A DNA stretch of 64,000 bases from Pseudomonadota bacterium (GTDB taxonomy: Bacteria > Pseudomonadota > Alphaproteobacteria > JACQOE01), in assembly GCA_016202695.1 (NCBI GenBank), contig JACQOE010000092.1, forward strand, positions 24,490-88,489, written 5' to 3'. Below, piece after piece: positions 9,471 through 18,903 of this stretch. The notes beneath the pieces are model-generated. The model saw only the letters and a program-made list of their open reading frames with translations. It was not told where the DNA came from and ran no database searches. Made by a program: the position numbers and the translations under genes. Every line of letters starts with the position of its first letter. Position 1 is the stretch's first letter.

Positions 9471-11078
9471 GTGCATCAGGTGGGACCCATCGTCAGCTCA
9501 TTCGGCCTGGAACACCACGGACTCCACAACTGCGGCGTCGCGCACTGGAACTTTCACCCGGCCGGCCTCTATGAGGAGTCGGTCCGCCGGCGCGAGTGCG
9601 TGCTGTCGCGCGAGGGGGTGCTGGTGGCGCACACCGGGGTGCACACCGGGCGAAGCCCACGCGACAAGTACATCGTCGAGGAGCCGAAAACGCGCGCCCA
9701 GGTGTGGTGGAGCAACGTCAACCGGCCGCTCGCCGAGGACAAGTTCGAAGGGCTCTTGCGTCGCGTCCAGGACTACGCCCAGGAGCGCGACCTCTTTGTC
9801 CGCGACTGCTACGCCGGCGCCGATCCCCGCTACCGGCTCAAGGTGCGGGTGATCAGCGAGCACGCCTGGCACAACCTCTTCGCCCACAACATGTTCATCG
9901 TCCCGGAGGCGAAGGATCTGGAGGGCTTCGTCCCCGAGTTCACCATCTACCACATGCCCGGCTGCCGGGCCGTGCCGGCGGTCGACGGGACCAACTCGGA
10001 GAGTTTCATCGTCCTCCATTTCAGCCGCCGGGTGGCGCTGATCGGCGGCACCTCTTACGCCGGCGAGATCAAGAAGTCGATCTTCAGCGTCCTCAACTTC
10101 CAGCTCCCGGCGATGGGCGTCCTGCCCATGCACTGCTCGGCCAACACGGGCAAGGCGGGCGACGTGGCGCTCTTCTTCGGCCTCTCGGGGACCGGCAAGA
10201 CCACGCTCTCGGCCGACGGCGCGCGCACCCTGATCGGCGACGACGAGCACGGCTGGAGCGAGCACGGCGTCTTCAATTTCGAGGGCGGCTGCTATGCCAA
10301 GGTGATCCGCCTCAGCGCCGAGGCCGAGCCCGAGATTTACGCCGCCTCCACCCGCTTCGGCACCATCCTCGAGAACGTCGTCGTCGACATGGACACCCGC
10401 GCCCTCGACCTCGACGACGACTCGCTGACCGAAAACACGCGCTCCTCCTATCCCCTCGCCTACATCCCCAACGCCAGCACCACCGGCATGGGCGGGCACC
10501 CGCGGAACCTGGTGATGCTGACCGCCGACGCCTTCGGCGTGCTGCCGCCGATCAGCCGCCTCACCCCCGAGCAGGCCATGTACCACTTCCTCTCCGGCTA
10601 CACCGCGCGGGTGGCCGGAACCGAGAAGGGGGTGAAGGAGCCGCAGGCGACCTTCTCCACCTGCTTCGGCGAGCCCTTCATGCCGCGCCACCCCACGGTC
10701 TATGCCGAGATGCTGGGCAAGATGATCGCCCACCACGGCACCCGCTGCTGGCTGGTGAACACGGGCTGGAGCGGCGGGCGGTTCGGGGTCGGGAGCCGGA
10801 TGAAGATCGCCCACACCCGGGCGATGGTGCGCGCCGCGCTGGCCGGCAAGCTGGACGCCGTTCCCACCGCCCGCGACCCCATCTTCGGGCTCAACATCCC
10901 GGAGAGCTGCTCCGAGGTTCCGGCCTCGGTGCTGAACCCGCGCAACACCTGGTCGGACAAGGGCGCCTACGATTCGGCCGCACGCGAGGTGGCCAAGCGC
11001 TTCGAGACCAACTTCAAGAAGTTCGAGGACCAGGTCGGCGACGACATCAAGCGGGTGGCGATCCGCGCCGCCGCGTAA
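9471..11078 (+). CDS. pckA: phosphoenolpyruvate carboxykinase (ATP)
   Basis: 535 aa with a GTG start. Kinase-1a motif FFGLSGTGKTTLS, GDDEHGW, full-length ATP-PEPCK pattern. Confidence 0.95.
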   Translation: MHQVGPIVSSFGLEHHGLHNCGVAHWNFHPAGLYEESVRRRECVLSREGVLVAHTGVHTGRSPRDKYIVEEPKTRAQVWWSNVNRPLAEDKFEGLLRRVQDYAQERDLFVRDCYAGADPRYRLKVRVISEHAWHNLFAHNMFIVPEAKDLEGFVPEFTIYHMPGCRAVPAVDGTNSESFIVLHFSRRVALIGGTSYAGEIKKSIFSVLNFQLPAMGVLPMHCSANTGKAGDVALFFGLSGTGKTTLSADGARTLIGDDEHGWSEHGVFNFEGGCYAKVIRLSAEAEPEIYAASTRFGTILENVVVDMDTRALDLDDDSLTENTRSSYPLAYIPNASTTGMGGHPRNLVMLTADAFGVLPPISRLTPEQAMYHFLSGYTARVAGTEKGVKEPQATFSTCFGEPFMPRHPTVYAEMLGKMIAHHGTRCWLVNTGWSGGRFGVGSRMKIAHTRAMVRAALAGKLDAVPTARDPIFGLNIPESCSEVPASVLNPRNTWSDKGAYDSAAREVAKRFETNFKKFEDQVGDDIKRVAIRAAA

Positions 11079-11231
11079 GACGAGCCGGTCGGTTCGGCCG
11101 GCCCTTCCTGTTTCGACGGGCTCATGCCTCGACAGGCTCGGCACGCGGGCCTCGTCCTGAGCCGGTCGAAGGATGCGGCCCGGATCGATCGAACGCGATC
11201 CGTGTAAGAGAGAGGGCGAGGCCCGTCGGCC

Positions 11232-14021
11232 TCAGTGCGCGTCGGCCCAGTTGGGGCTGGCGCCCGTCTCCACCTCGATCGGCACGTCGAGGTGGCGGTT
11301 GGCGTCGATCATGACCTTCCGCACCAGCGCCGCCGTCTCCTCGGCCTCGCGCTCCGGGACCTCGAGCACCAGCTCGTCGTGGACCTGGAGGAGGAGCCGT
11401 CCCTTGAGCCCGGCGCCGGCGAGCGCCTCGGGCAGGCGGACCATCGCCCGCTTGATGATGTCGGCCGCGCCCCCCTGGAGGGGCGCGTTGATCGCCGCGC
11501 GCTCGGCGAACCCGCGCCGCGCCGGGTTCTTGTCGTTGATGCCGGGGGTGTAGCAGCGCCGCCCGAAGGGGGTGGTGACGTAGCCGTTGCGGCGGGCCTC
11601 CTCCTTGGTCCGCTCCATGTAGTCGCGGATGCCGGGGAAGCGGGCGAAGTAGGCGTCAATGTAGGCCCGGGCCTCGCCTTGGGCGATGCCGAGCTGGCGG
11701 GCGAGCCCGAACGGGCTAATGCCGTAGATGATGCCGAAGTTGATCGCCTTGGCCCGGCGCCGGACGACCGGGTCCATCCCGGCGACGGGCACGCCGAAGA
11801 CCTGCGAGGCGGTCATCGCGTGGACATCGAGCCCGCGGCGGAAGACGTCCTTGAGGGCGTCGATCCGGGCGACCGCGGCCAGCAGCCGAAGCTCGATCTG
11901 CGAATAGTCGGCCGAGAGCAGCAGGTGCCCCGGGGGGGCGACGAAGGCGCGGCGGATCTTGCGCCCGTCGTCGGTGCGCACGGGGATGTTCTGCAGGTTG
12001 GGATCGGTCGAGCTCAGCCGCCCGGTCGAGGTGACCGCGATCGAGTAGGAGGTGTGCACGCGGCCGGTCTCGGGGTTGATCTGCCCGACCAGGGCGTCGG
12101 CATAGGTGCTCTTGAGCTTGGCGAGCTGGCGCCAGTCGAGCACCCGCGCCGGCAGGTCGTGGCCCTCGGCGGCGAGGGCCTCGAGGATGTCGGCGCCGGT
12201 GCTCAGGGCGCCCGACTTGCCCTTCCTGCCGGCGGCGAGGCCCAGGCGCTCGAACAGCACCTCGCCCAGCTGCCTGGTCGAGGCGATGTTGAACTCGTGC
12301 CCGGCGAGCCGGTAGATGTCGCGCTCCAGCGCCGCGATGCGCCCGGCGAAGTCGGCGCTGAGCCGCCTGAGCTCGGCCGCGTCGACCGCAACCCCGGCCC
12401 GCTCCATGTCGACCAGCACCCCGATCAGCGGCCGGTCCATCGTCTCGTAGACGGCCAGCATCCGCTCGGCGAGGAGCCGCGGCTTGAGCAGCCGGTGGAG
12501 CCGGCCGGTGAAGTCGGCGTCCTCGGCGGCGTAGCGGCAGGCGGCGGCGAGCGGCACCTGGTCGAAGGTGACCCGGGTGCGCCCGCTGCCCACCACCTCC
12601 TTGTACTTGATGGTGGCGTGGCCGAAGTGGAGTGCCGCGAGCTCGTCGAGGCCGTGGCCGTGCTGGCTCCCCTCCAGCACATAGGAGATGACCATGGTGT
12701 CATCGACGGGCGCGACCCGGATGCCGCCGTTGGCGGGGCGCGCCAGCACCAGCATGTCGTACTTGATGTTCTGGCCGACCTTGAGCACGCCCGCGTCCTC
12801 GAGCAGCGGCTTCAGGAGCGCGACCGCCTTCGCCAGCGGAATCTGCCGCGGCGGGCCCTCGGCCCCGGCCCCTCCCTCGAGGTCGAGGCTCGCTTGGCCG
12901 GCGCCGGTGTGGCCGAGGGGGACGTAGCAGGCTCGGCCTGGCTCGACCGACAGCGACACGCCGACGAGGCGCGCCTGCATGGCGTCGAGCGAGGTGGTCT
13001 CGGTGTCGACGGCGACGATCCCGGCCTCCCCGGCGCGCGCGATCCAGGCCGCCAATCGTTCCGCGTCCTGCACCAGCTCGTACTCGGCCTCGGCCGGCGG
13101 CGGCGCGACCGGTGCGCCCGCCCCTTCCGCAACCGCCGCGGGGCGGCGGCTCTCGACGCGGGCGAGGATCGAGCGGAAGTTCTGCTCCTTGAGGAAGGCG
13201 ACCAGCGTCTCGTGCTCCGGCTCCTTGACCGCGAGGTCTTCGAGTGGAACCTCGACCGGCACCGTGTCGCAGAGTCTCACCAGCTCGCGACTCAGGCGCG
13301 CCATCCCGGCGTTGTCGATCAGGGTCTGGCGGCGCTTGGGCTGCTTGATCTCCCCGGCCCGGGCGAGGAGCGTGTCGAGGTCGCCGTATTGGCCGATCAG
13401 CTCGGCCGCGGTCTTGACCCCGATCCCCGGCACCCCGGGCACGTTGTCGGTCGAGTCCCCGGCCAGCGCCTGCACATCCACCACCTTGTCGGGCTCGACG
13501 CCGAAACGCTCGCGCACCTCGTCGGAACCGATCGGGCGGTTGCGGATGGGGTCGAGCATGCTGATGCCCTCGCCCACCAGCTGCATCAGGTCCTTGTCGG
13601 AGGAGACGATGGTGACCTCGGCCCCCCGGGCGGCGGCCTGACGGGCATAGGTGGCGATCAGGTCGTCGGCCTCGTAGCCCTCCATCTCGACCGCGGCGAC
13701 GTTGAAGGCGCGGGTCGCCTCGCGGATCAGCGCGAACTGCGGGATCAGCTCCTCGGGCGGCTCCTCGCGGTGGGCCTTGTAGGCGGGATAGATGCGGTTG
13801 CGCCAGGTCTCGCGCTTGGCGTCGAAGATCACGGCGACGTGGTCGGCGTCGGTGTCCTGGACCAGCCTCATCAGCATGGTGGTGAAGCCGTAGACGGCGT
13901 TCACCGGCGTGCCGTCGGGTCGGGTCATCGGCGGCAGGGCGTGGAAGGCGCGGAAGATGAACCCCGAGCCGTCGATCAGGAAGAGGTGGCGGAGCGGTCT
14001 CTCTGTGGCCTGTGCGCTCAC
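11232..14021 (-). CDS. polA: DNA polymerase I
   Basis: 929 aa. N-terminal 5'-3' exonuclease domain (LFLIDGSGFIFRAFHA), 3'-5' exonuclease domain, and polymerase motifs (DYSQIELR, QVHDELVLE). Confidence 0.97.
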   Translation of the reverse strand: MSAQATERPLRHLFLIDGSGFIFRAFHALPPMTRPDGTPVNAVYGFTTMLMRLVQDTDADHVAVIFDAKRETWRNRIYPAYKAHREEPPEELIPQFALIREATRAFNVAAVEMEGYEADDLIATYARQAAARGAEVTIVSSDKDLMQLVGEGISMLDPIRNRPIGSDEVRERFGVEPDKVVDVQALAGDSTDNVPGVPGIGVKTAAELIGQYGDLDTLLARAGEIKQPKRRQTLIDNAGMARLSRELVRLCDTVPVEVPLEDLAVKEPEHETLVAFLKEQNFRSILARVESRRPAAVAEGAGAPVAPPPAEAEYELVQDAERLAAWIARAGEAGIVAVDTETTSLDAMQARLVGVSLSVEPGRACYVPLGHTGAGQASLDLEGGAGAEGPPRQIPLAKAVALLKPLLEDAGVLKVGQNIKYDMLVLARPANGGIRVAPVDDTMVISYVLEGSQHGHGLDELAALHFGHATIKYKEVVGSGRTRVTFDQVPLAAACRYAAEDADFTGRLHRLLKPRLLAERMLAVYETMDRPLIGVLVDMERAGVAVDAAELRRLSADFAGRIAALERDIYRLAGHEFNIASTRQLGEVLFERLGLAAGRKGKSGALSTGADILEALAAEGHDLPARVLDWRQLAKLKSTYADALVGQINPETGRVHTSYSIAVTSTGRLSSTDPNLQNIPVRTDDGRKIRRAFVAPPGHLLLSADYSQIELRLLAAVARIDALKDVFRRGLDVHAMTASQVFGVPVAGMDPVVRRRAKAINFGIIYGISPFGLARQLGIAQGEARAYIDAYFARFPGIRDYMERTKEEARRNGYVTTPFGRRCYTPGINDKNPARRGFAERAAINAPLQGGAADIIKRAMVRLPEALAGAGLKGRLLLQVHDELVLEVPEREAEETAALVRKVMIDANRHLDVPIEVETGASPNWADAH

Positions 14022-14122
14022 GAGCCCTCGCGATCCCCTGGGCGGACGCCCGCACCCGCGCTGCGGGCCGCGGCGGCGCTTGCCCCGCCGCGGCTCCGCC
14101 CGGGGCGAAGGCGGGCGCGCGG

Positions 14123-14320
14123 CTAGTGCCCGGCGGTGGCCCCGGCGCCGTCCTTCAGGGCGAAGGTGCGGCTACAGTAGGGACAGACGATCCGGCCCTC
14201 GGGGCCGATGCGCAGGTACACGCGCGGGTGGCCGAGCGCGCCCCCGCCCCCGTCGCAGGCGACGGTGGGGGTCTCGACCTCGATCGTCTCGATGGCCTGC
14301 GCTTCCGGCTCGCTCTGCAT
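14123..14320 (-). CDS. zinc-finger (CHCC-type) domain protein
   Basis: ATG at 14320 (MQSEPEAQ). VACDGGGGALGHPRVYL ... IVCPYCSRTF matches the small zf-CHCC proteins of alphaproteobacteria. Confidence 0.6.
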   Translation of the reverse strand: MQSEPEAQAIETIEVETPTVACDGGGGALGHPRVYLRIGPEGRIVCPYCSRTFALKDGAGATAGH

Positions 14321-14662
14321 GCGCCCATCCTCGTGCGAAGGCGGCGCCCCGCGTTTGACGCGCCACGGGGCGGATGATACCCATGGCGCGGTGCCGATCA
14401 ACGGGATTCCCGACCCGACGCCGGGCGGGCGGCTCCGCCCCCCGCCGGCCTGCCTTCGCTGGACGGCCCGTCGCCCGCGGGGCTTTGGCCCACGGGGCGA
14501 AGCTCAGGCTTCGCGCCGGCCGGCGGGGGCGAACCCGGCAGCCGAGACGAGCGAGGCGATGCGCCCGATCCCCGCGCCGGGACCCGACTTTGCCATCGAG
14601 GCCGACCTCGAGGACATCTTCCTCGCCCTCACCCGCGGCGCGGCCGAGGGGACGCGCGCGCC

Positions 14663-15664
14663 GTGAGGGCGGCCGGGCTGTTTCGCGCGATGCTCCCCGC
14701 CGTCCTCGCCCTCGCCGCGGCCTGCGCCCCGCGCCTCCAGCCGGCGGGCCCGCCGCTGGCCGCGGCCGCGCTCGCGCCCGACGCCGTGATCGCCGCCGAC
14801 GGCGCCCGCCTGCCGCTTCGCCGCTCGCTCCCCGAGGGCGAGGCGAGGGCGGTGATCCTCGCCCTCCACGGCTTCAACGACTACCGGAGCGCGTTCGACG
14901 CCGCGGCGGGCGCCTGGCGGGCACTCGGCATCGCCACCTACGCCTACGACCAGCGGGGCTTCGGCGAGGCCCCCGGACGGGGCCTGTGGCCGGGGACCGA
15001 GGCCCTGGTTGCGGATGCCCGTGCCGCCGCGGCGGCGGTGCGGGCGCGCCATCCCGGCGTTCCCTTCTATCTCCTCGGCGAGAGCATGGGGGGCGCGGTG
15101 GCGGTGCTGGCGGCGAGCGGCGAAGAGCCGGTGGCGACCGACGGCGTGATCCTCGTCGCCCCGGCCGTCTGGGGCTGGAGCACGATGAACCCGCTCCAGG
15201 CCGCGGCCCTGTGGGTTGCCGCCCACACCGTGCCCTGGCTCACGCTCCGGGGCGACGGGCTCCGGCTCCGCGCCTCCGACAACCTCGAGGCGCTGCGCGC
15301 GCTCTCGCGCGATCCGCTGGTGATCAAGGCCACCCGGGTGGACTCGGTCTACGGCCTCGCCTCGCTGATGGAGGCGGCGCTCGCGGCCGCGCCCCGATTC
15401 GACGCCCGGGCGCTCGTCCTCTACGGCCGGCGCGACGAGATCGTGCCCTCGGCGCCGGTTCGCCGCTTCCTCGCCGGGCTTCCCGCGGCGGCATCGGCGC
15501 GCCAGACGGTCGCGCGCTACGACGCCGGCTTCCACCTCCTCCTTCGCGACCTCGCCGGCGCCGTGGTGACGAGCGACATCGCCGCCTGGGTCCTCGCCCC
15601 CGGCGCCGCGCTCCCCTCCCGCGCCGACCTCGCCGGCGCCGCCTGGCGGCGGGCGAACCCCTAG
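14663..15664 (+). CDS. alpha/beta hydrolase (lysophospholipase/monoglyceride-lipase-like), probable lipoprotein
   Basis: 333 aa. Lipobox LALAAAC near the N-terminus, HG oxyanion motif ILALHGFND, nucleophile elbow GESMGG. The alternative ATG at 14690 is possible. Confidence 0.8.
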   Translation: MRAAGLFRAMLPAVLALAAACAPRLQPAGPPLAAAALAPDAVIAADGARLPLRRSLPEGEARAVILALHGFNDYRSAFDAAAGAWRALGIATYAYDQRGFGEAPGRGLWPGTEALVADARAAAAAVRARHPGVPFYLLGESMGGAVAVLAASGEEPVATDGVILVAPAVWGWSTMNPLQAAALWVAAHTVPWLTLRGDGLRLRASDNLEALRALSRDPLVIKATRVDSVYGLASLMEAALAAAPRFDARALVLYGRRDEIVPSAPVRRFLAGLPAAASARQTVARYDAGFHLLLRDLAGAVVTSDIAAWVLAPGAALPSRADLAGAAWRRANP

Positions 15665-15705
15665 GGCAGGGTCATGCCGACCGTAAACACCAGACTCCCG
15701 ACGTC

Positions 15706-15728
15706 ATGGCCGTGCTTGGCACGGCCAT
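15706..15728 (+). terminator. perfect 10-bp-stem hairpin downstream of the hydrolase gene (no U-tract)
   Basis: ATGGCCGTGC-TTG-GCACGGCCAT, 42 nt after the stop at 15664. Confidence 0.35.
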
Positions 15729-15881
15729 CCACGCCTCCCCGGTGCCGGCCGCGGCAAACCCGTGGATGCCCGGGGCGCGGCCCGCGCCCGGCCCGGGCAT
15801 GACGGCGAGGGTGTGTACGGCCAGTCGGAATCCGCCTTAGGGCCGCGGGGAAGGCGCCGGCGCGGGCGCCGGGCTGGCCGA

Positions 15882-15910
15882 TTTACACCCGCCCCGGCAT
15901 TGTCTATGGT
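15882..15910 (+). promoter_or_regulatory. candidate sigma70-type promoter of tRNA-Arg
   Basis: TTTACA (15882-15887), a 17-nt spacer, then TATGGT (15905-15910). The tRNA 5' end is at 15923. Confidence 0.45.
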
Positions 15911-15922
15911 CACCCTCCGCGC

Positions 15923-15999
<77 letters not shown>

Positions 16000-16126
16000 A
16001 TGTTTTCAAGGGGTTAGAGCCAGCGCCCGGAAGGGCGCACCAGTTACCGGAAGCGTACCGGAAGCACGCGGAATGTAGCGCGCCACTTAGTCTTGGGACC
16101 AACGACAGTTAGTCTTGGTCGAAAAA

Positions 16127-16468
16127 TCAGATGTTCTGCGCGCCGAACTGGGTGTACTCGCGCTCCAGAGAGGCGAAATCGGGCCACTGCTTGCGTAAAT
16201 GGCGATTGGGCGCCCCCGGAGAGGCTTGTGCCGCCAACCGATCAGCGACCCTCTCGATCAGATGCGCCCAGAATGGTTTCGCTCGCTCAAACGCCTGCCG
16301 CGTTGTCATTTGGAGACCATCAGGGCCATTGACCTGGAATAGGTCTTCCCAGAAGGACCGGGGCACCAGCAGTTCAAACCACCAACTCTTATTGTGAAGC
16401 CGACGCTTGGTCTGGATGACCAAGTCGGCGCAGGCCGATTCGCCAGCAGGCTCTATGAGAGTGACCAT
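16127..16468 (-). CDS. hypothetical protein (orphan, lower-GC islet)
   Basis: ATG at 16468 is preceded by GGGAGAAG. The 113-aa product has ordinary, non-shadow composition (Trp/Phe/Lys/Glu present). I recognise no family. Confidence 0.4.
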   Translation of the reverse strand: MVTLIEPAGESACADLVIQTKRRLHNKSWWFELLVPRSFWEDLFQVNGPDGLQMTTRQAFERAKPFWAHLIERVADRLAAQASPGAPNRHLRKQWPDFASLEREYTQFGAQNI

Positions 16469-16708
16469 CTCGTCTTCTCCCGTTAGAGACTGACTATACA
16501 AAAACCCGACGCCAGATGCGAAGGGGCCGCCCTTTGGTAGGCGGCCCCTCGGCCAGCGGAAGGAGTGCGCCCCCTGGCGAGGGGCGCTGATCGAATGTCC
16601 ACTGGGTCGAACGCGCGCGTAAGTCCGCCGTGACGCCGCTATCCCCTCCCCTGGCCCGCGCTCTTCCCCAAAGCCTGATCCGGCCGATTCCGGCTCCCCC
16701 GGCTCCTC

Positions 16709-16951
16709 CTAGACGGCAAGATAGGCCGCTATAGCTGATATCGCCGAAAAGACGAAAGCGGACCCGAGCGCAACAAAGCCGGTTTTGAGCCACCACCTAA
16801 CAGATTGACGAAATGCGTTCTCGGCCCCGCTCTCGCCGTTCCACGTTTGCATCTCCCAAGGTACGGATGCTGTGCCTTTGACGAGCGCCACGGATGCGAA
16901 CACACCTAATGCAGCCGCGAAAAGGGCCGTCGCTAAAGCCACTTCCCTCAT
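16709..16951 (-). CDS. hypothetical small membrane protein (two predicted TM helices)
   Basis: ATG at 16951 is preceded by GGAGG at about 6 nt. The 80-aa product has two hydrophobic helices. Two GC hairpins follow (16523-16548 and 16567-16587). Confidence 0.4.
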   Translation of the reverse strand: MREVALATALFAAALGVFASVALVKGTASVPWEMQTWNGESGAENAFRQSVRWWLKTGFVALGSAFVFSAISAIAAYLAV

Positions 16952-16987
16952 GGCCGCCTCCAACGTGGTTTGCAAGGTATAACATCA

Positions 16988-17023
16988 CCAAAAAGGAAGG
17001 GGCGAGGCCGGAGCCCCGCCCCC
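16988..17023 (-). terminator. rho-independent terminator after the DUF1446 gene
   Basis: The minus strand reads GGGGCGGGGCTCCGGCCTCGCCCC followed by TTCCTTTTTGG. It begins about 75 nt after the stop at 17097. Confidence 0.7.
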
Positions 17024-17096
17024 AAGTTGGGACGCAGCGGCTCCGATCAACGTCTTCGCTGTCGCCTGAGCGGGCCGCCCGCCCGCCGGCGCGCCG

Positions 17097-18494
17097 TCAG
17101 CCCACCTCCTCCACCTCGACCGGGAAGAGGGCGGCGAGGTCGTCCACCTCCATCACGTGATAGGCCGAGAAGCGGTAGGCCCGGCCGGCCACCACCTCGG
17201 GCGGCGTGAACGGAAAGGCGAGGTTGCCGGCGGTCGAGAGCCGGCCGGCGAAGCCGTGGTGGAGGAGGTACTGCTTGGTGGTCTTGGCGACCGTGAGCGC
17301 GAGCGCGAGGGTAGGCGCGACCGCCTCGCCGAGCACGAACACCTCGCGCGGCGGCACCGCCGGCGGCTTCGGCCAGGCGACCACCCCGTCGATCCCGTAG
17401 ACGCGGAAGGAGAGCTGGTAGTCGACCCCTGGCTTCCGCCCGACGAGGTCGGCGACGATCGCCGACATCTCGTCGAGGATGGTTCCGATATTGGCGATGA
17501 AGCGGGGATCGCTCGATCCCGCGATCAGGGCCACCCGCTCGCCCACCAGCGTCGCTCCCTCGACCTTCACCGTGAAACGTCTGGCCGGCTCCCAGCGCGC
17601 GCCCGAAACCCGGGTGCGGTGCGAATCGACCGCCTCGTAGCGGGCGGACTCGACGTTGAGCGTGCCCTCGGGCTCGTGCACGCGGTGGGGATCGCTCTGC
17701 TCGTAGAGGCTATGGGCGGCGACCGACATCGGGGTCGCGTGGCGCTTGGGGTTCATGCTTTCGAGCACGAAGGAGTCGCCTTCCAGCGTGGCGAGCATGG
17801 TGTCGCGACCGCCGGGCACGCAGCAGAGCGAGGCGCACTCGACGATCTTCGCCATGTGCATCGCCGGGCCCATGGGGAAGCCGAGCAGCGACGGGATCGC
17901 GGCGTAGATCGCGGTGTCGCAGGCGCGCCCGGCGATCACCACCTCGGCGCCGGTCTCGAGCGCGCGCACGAACGCCTCGGTGCCCATCTGGCCGACGAGA
18001 TGGGCGGCGCCGTCGACCTCGGCCTCGCCGAACGCGTCCATCTTCCCCAGCGGCCGGATCCGCTTCGCCCGCACCGCCGCCTTGACCACATCCCGCGGCA
18101 GATCGGCGCGGATCGCGGCCATGCGGAACTTGAGGCCCTCGGCGCGGGCGATCTCGCGCACCATCGCCAGCACGGTTTCGAGATGGGGCCTGGCGCCGCC
18201 GGTCCCGGCGGTGCCGATGATCAGCGGCACGCCGATCGACCGCGCGCCGACGAGAAGCCGGCGCAGGTCCTTGCGCGACATCTCGTCGGAAGTGGCGAGC
18301 TCACCGGCCCCCAGGTAGTAGGGCCCGGGGTCGGTCGAGCCCATGTCGGCGCCGATGACGTGGGGCCGGCGCCGGAGCCCCTCGGCGAAGGCCGCCTCGG
18401 GAACCCCGTAGCCGAGCTGGCCGGAGGCGGAAATCACCCGCAGCGCCGCCCGGGCGCCGCCGCATTCCGCGCGCAGGCGATCGAGCGCGCTCAT
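17097..18494 (-). CDS. DUF1446 / AtuA-like (acyclic terpene utilisation family) protein
   Basis: 465 aa with the full-length AtuA-family pattern (GADMGSTDPGPYYLG, IIGTAGTGG, VIAGRACD). The start overlaps the upstream stop as ATGA. Confidence 0.8.
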   Translation of the reverse strand: MSALDRLRAECGGARAALRVISASGQLGYGVPEAAFAEGLRRRPHVIGADMGSTDPGPYYLGAGELATSDEMSRKDLRRLLVGARSIGVPLIIGTAGTGGARPHLETVLAMVREIARAEGLKFRMAAIRADLPRDVVKAAVRAKRIRPLGKMDAFGEAEVDGAAHLVGQMGTEAFVRALETGAEVVIAGRACDTAIYAAIPSLLGFPMGPAMHMAKIVECASLCCVPGGRDTMLATLEGDSFVLESMNPKRHATPMSVAAHSLYEQSDPHRVHEPEGTLNVESARYEAVDSHRTRVSGARWEPARRFTVKVEGATLVGERVALIAGSSDPRFIANIGTILDEMSAIVADLVGRKPGVDYQLSFRVYGIDGVVAWPKPPAVPPREVFVLGEAVAPTLALALTVAKTTKQYLLHHGFAGRLSTAGNLAFPFTPPEVVAGRAYRFSAYHVMEVDDLAALFPVEVEEVG

Positions 18495-18793
18495 ATCTCG
18501 ACCTCTAAGAGCGGCGCGTGCTGCTGCGCGCCGTAGACGTCGCGGTCCCCGAGCGAGCCGGAGGGGACGGTGCGATCCATCACCACCTTGATGGCCAGCG
18601 CCGGCCGGTAGGGGATGACCTCGACCTGCGAGCGGGCGAGGCCGTAGAGGGGCGCGATCGCGCCCGGCGAGAGCGCCGGCGACTGCAGCGCCCGCTGGTA
18701 GCGGGCCTCGTCCTCGAACATCAGGTCGAGGGTGATCTTGAGCGGGCCGGCGTTCTTGCTCCGCACCACCCGCGCCAGGTCCATCAGCTTCAT
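18491..18793 (-). CDS. DUF4387-like small protein, partner of DUF1446
   Basis: 100 aa with SD GGGGAGGA upstream. It is translationally coupled (ATGA) to the DUF1446 gene, the pairing usually seen for this family. Confidence 0.7.
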   Translation of the reverse strand: MKLMDLARVVRSKNAGPLKITLDLMFEDEARYQRALQSPALSPGAIAPLYGLARSQVEVIPYRPALAIKVVMDRTVPSGSLGDRDVYGAQQHAPLLEVEI

Positions 18794-18903
18794 CCCGTCC
18801 TCCCCGGCGGCCCTGCCTGGGCGCTTGTTAGCGCAAGTCGGCCCGCGCCACCAGGGGCCCGCGCCTCAGGCGCGCCCGGGCGAGCCGCGCCGCGGCCCCG
18901 CCC

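Noticed and set aside
11235-14126. 963-aa ORF on the plus strand covering the whole polA locus
   Set aside because: It is antisense to a full-length, motif-complete DNA polymerase I. The product is low-complexity (Arg/Gly/Ala/Asp/Pro/Val-rich) with no recognisable motifs. This is a typical shadow ORF of GC-rich DNA, where stop codons are rare in the antisense frame.
16078-16085. GCGCGCCA, 79 nt downstream of the tRNA, as a duplicated tRNA 3' end (attR)
   Set aside because: Only 8 bp match the tRNA 3' terminus, which is too short to distinguish from chance in a GC-rich genome. There is no integrase nearby.
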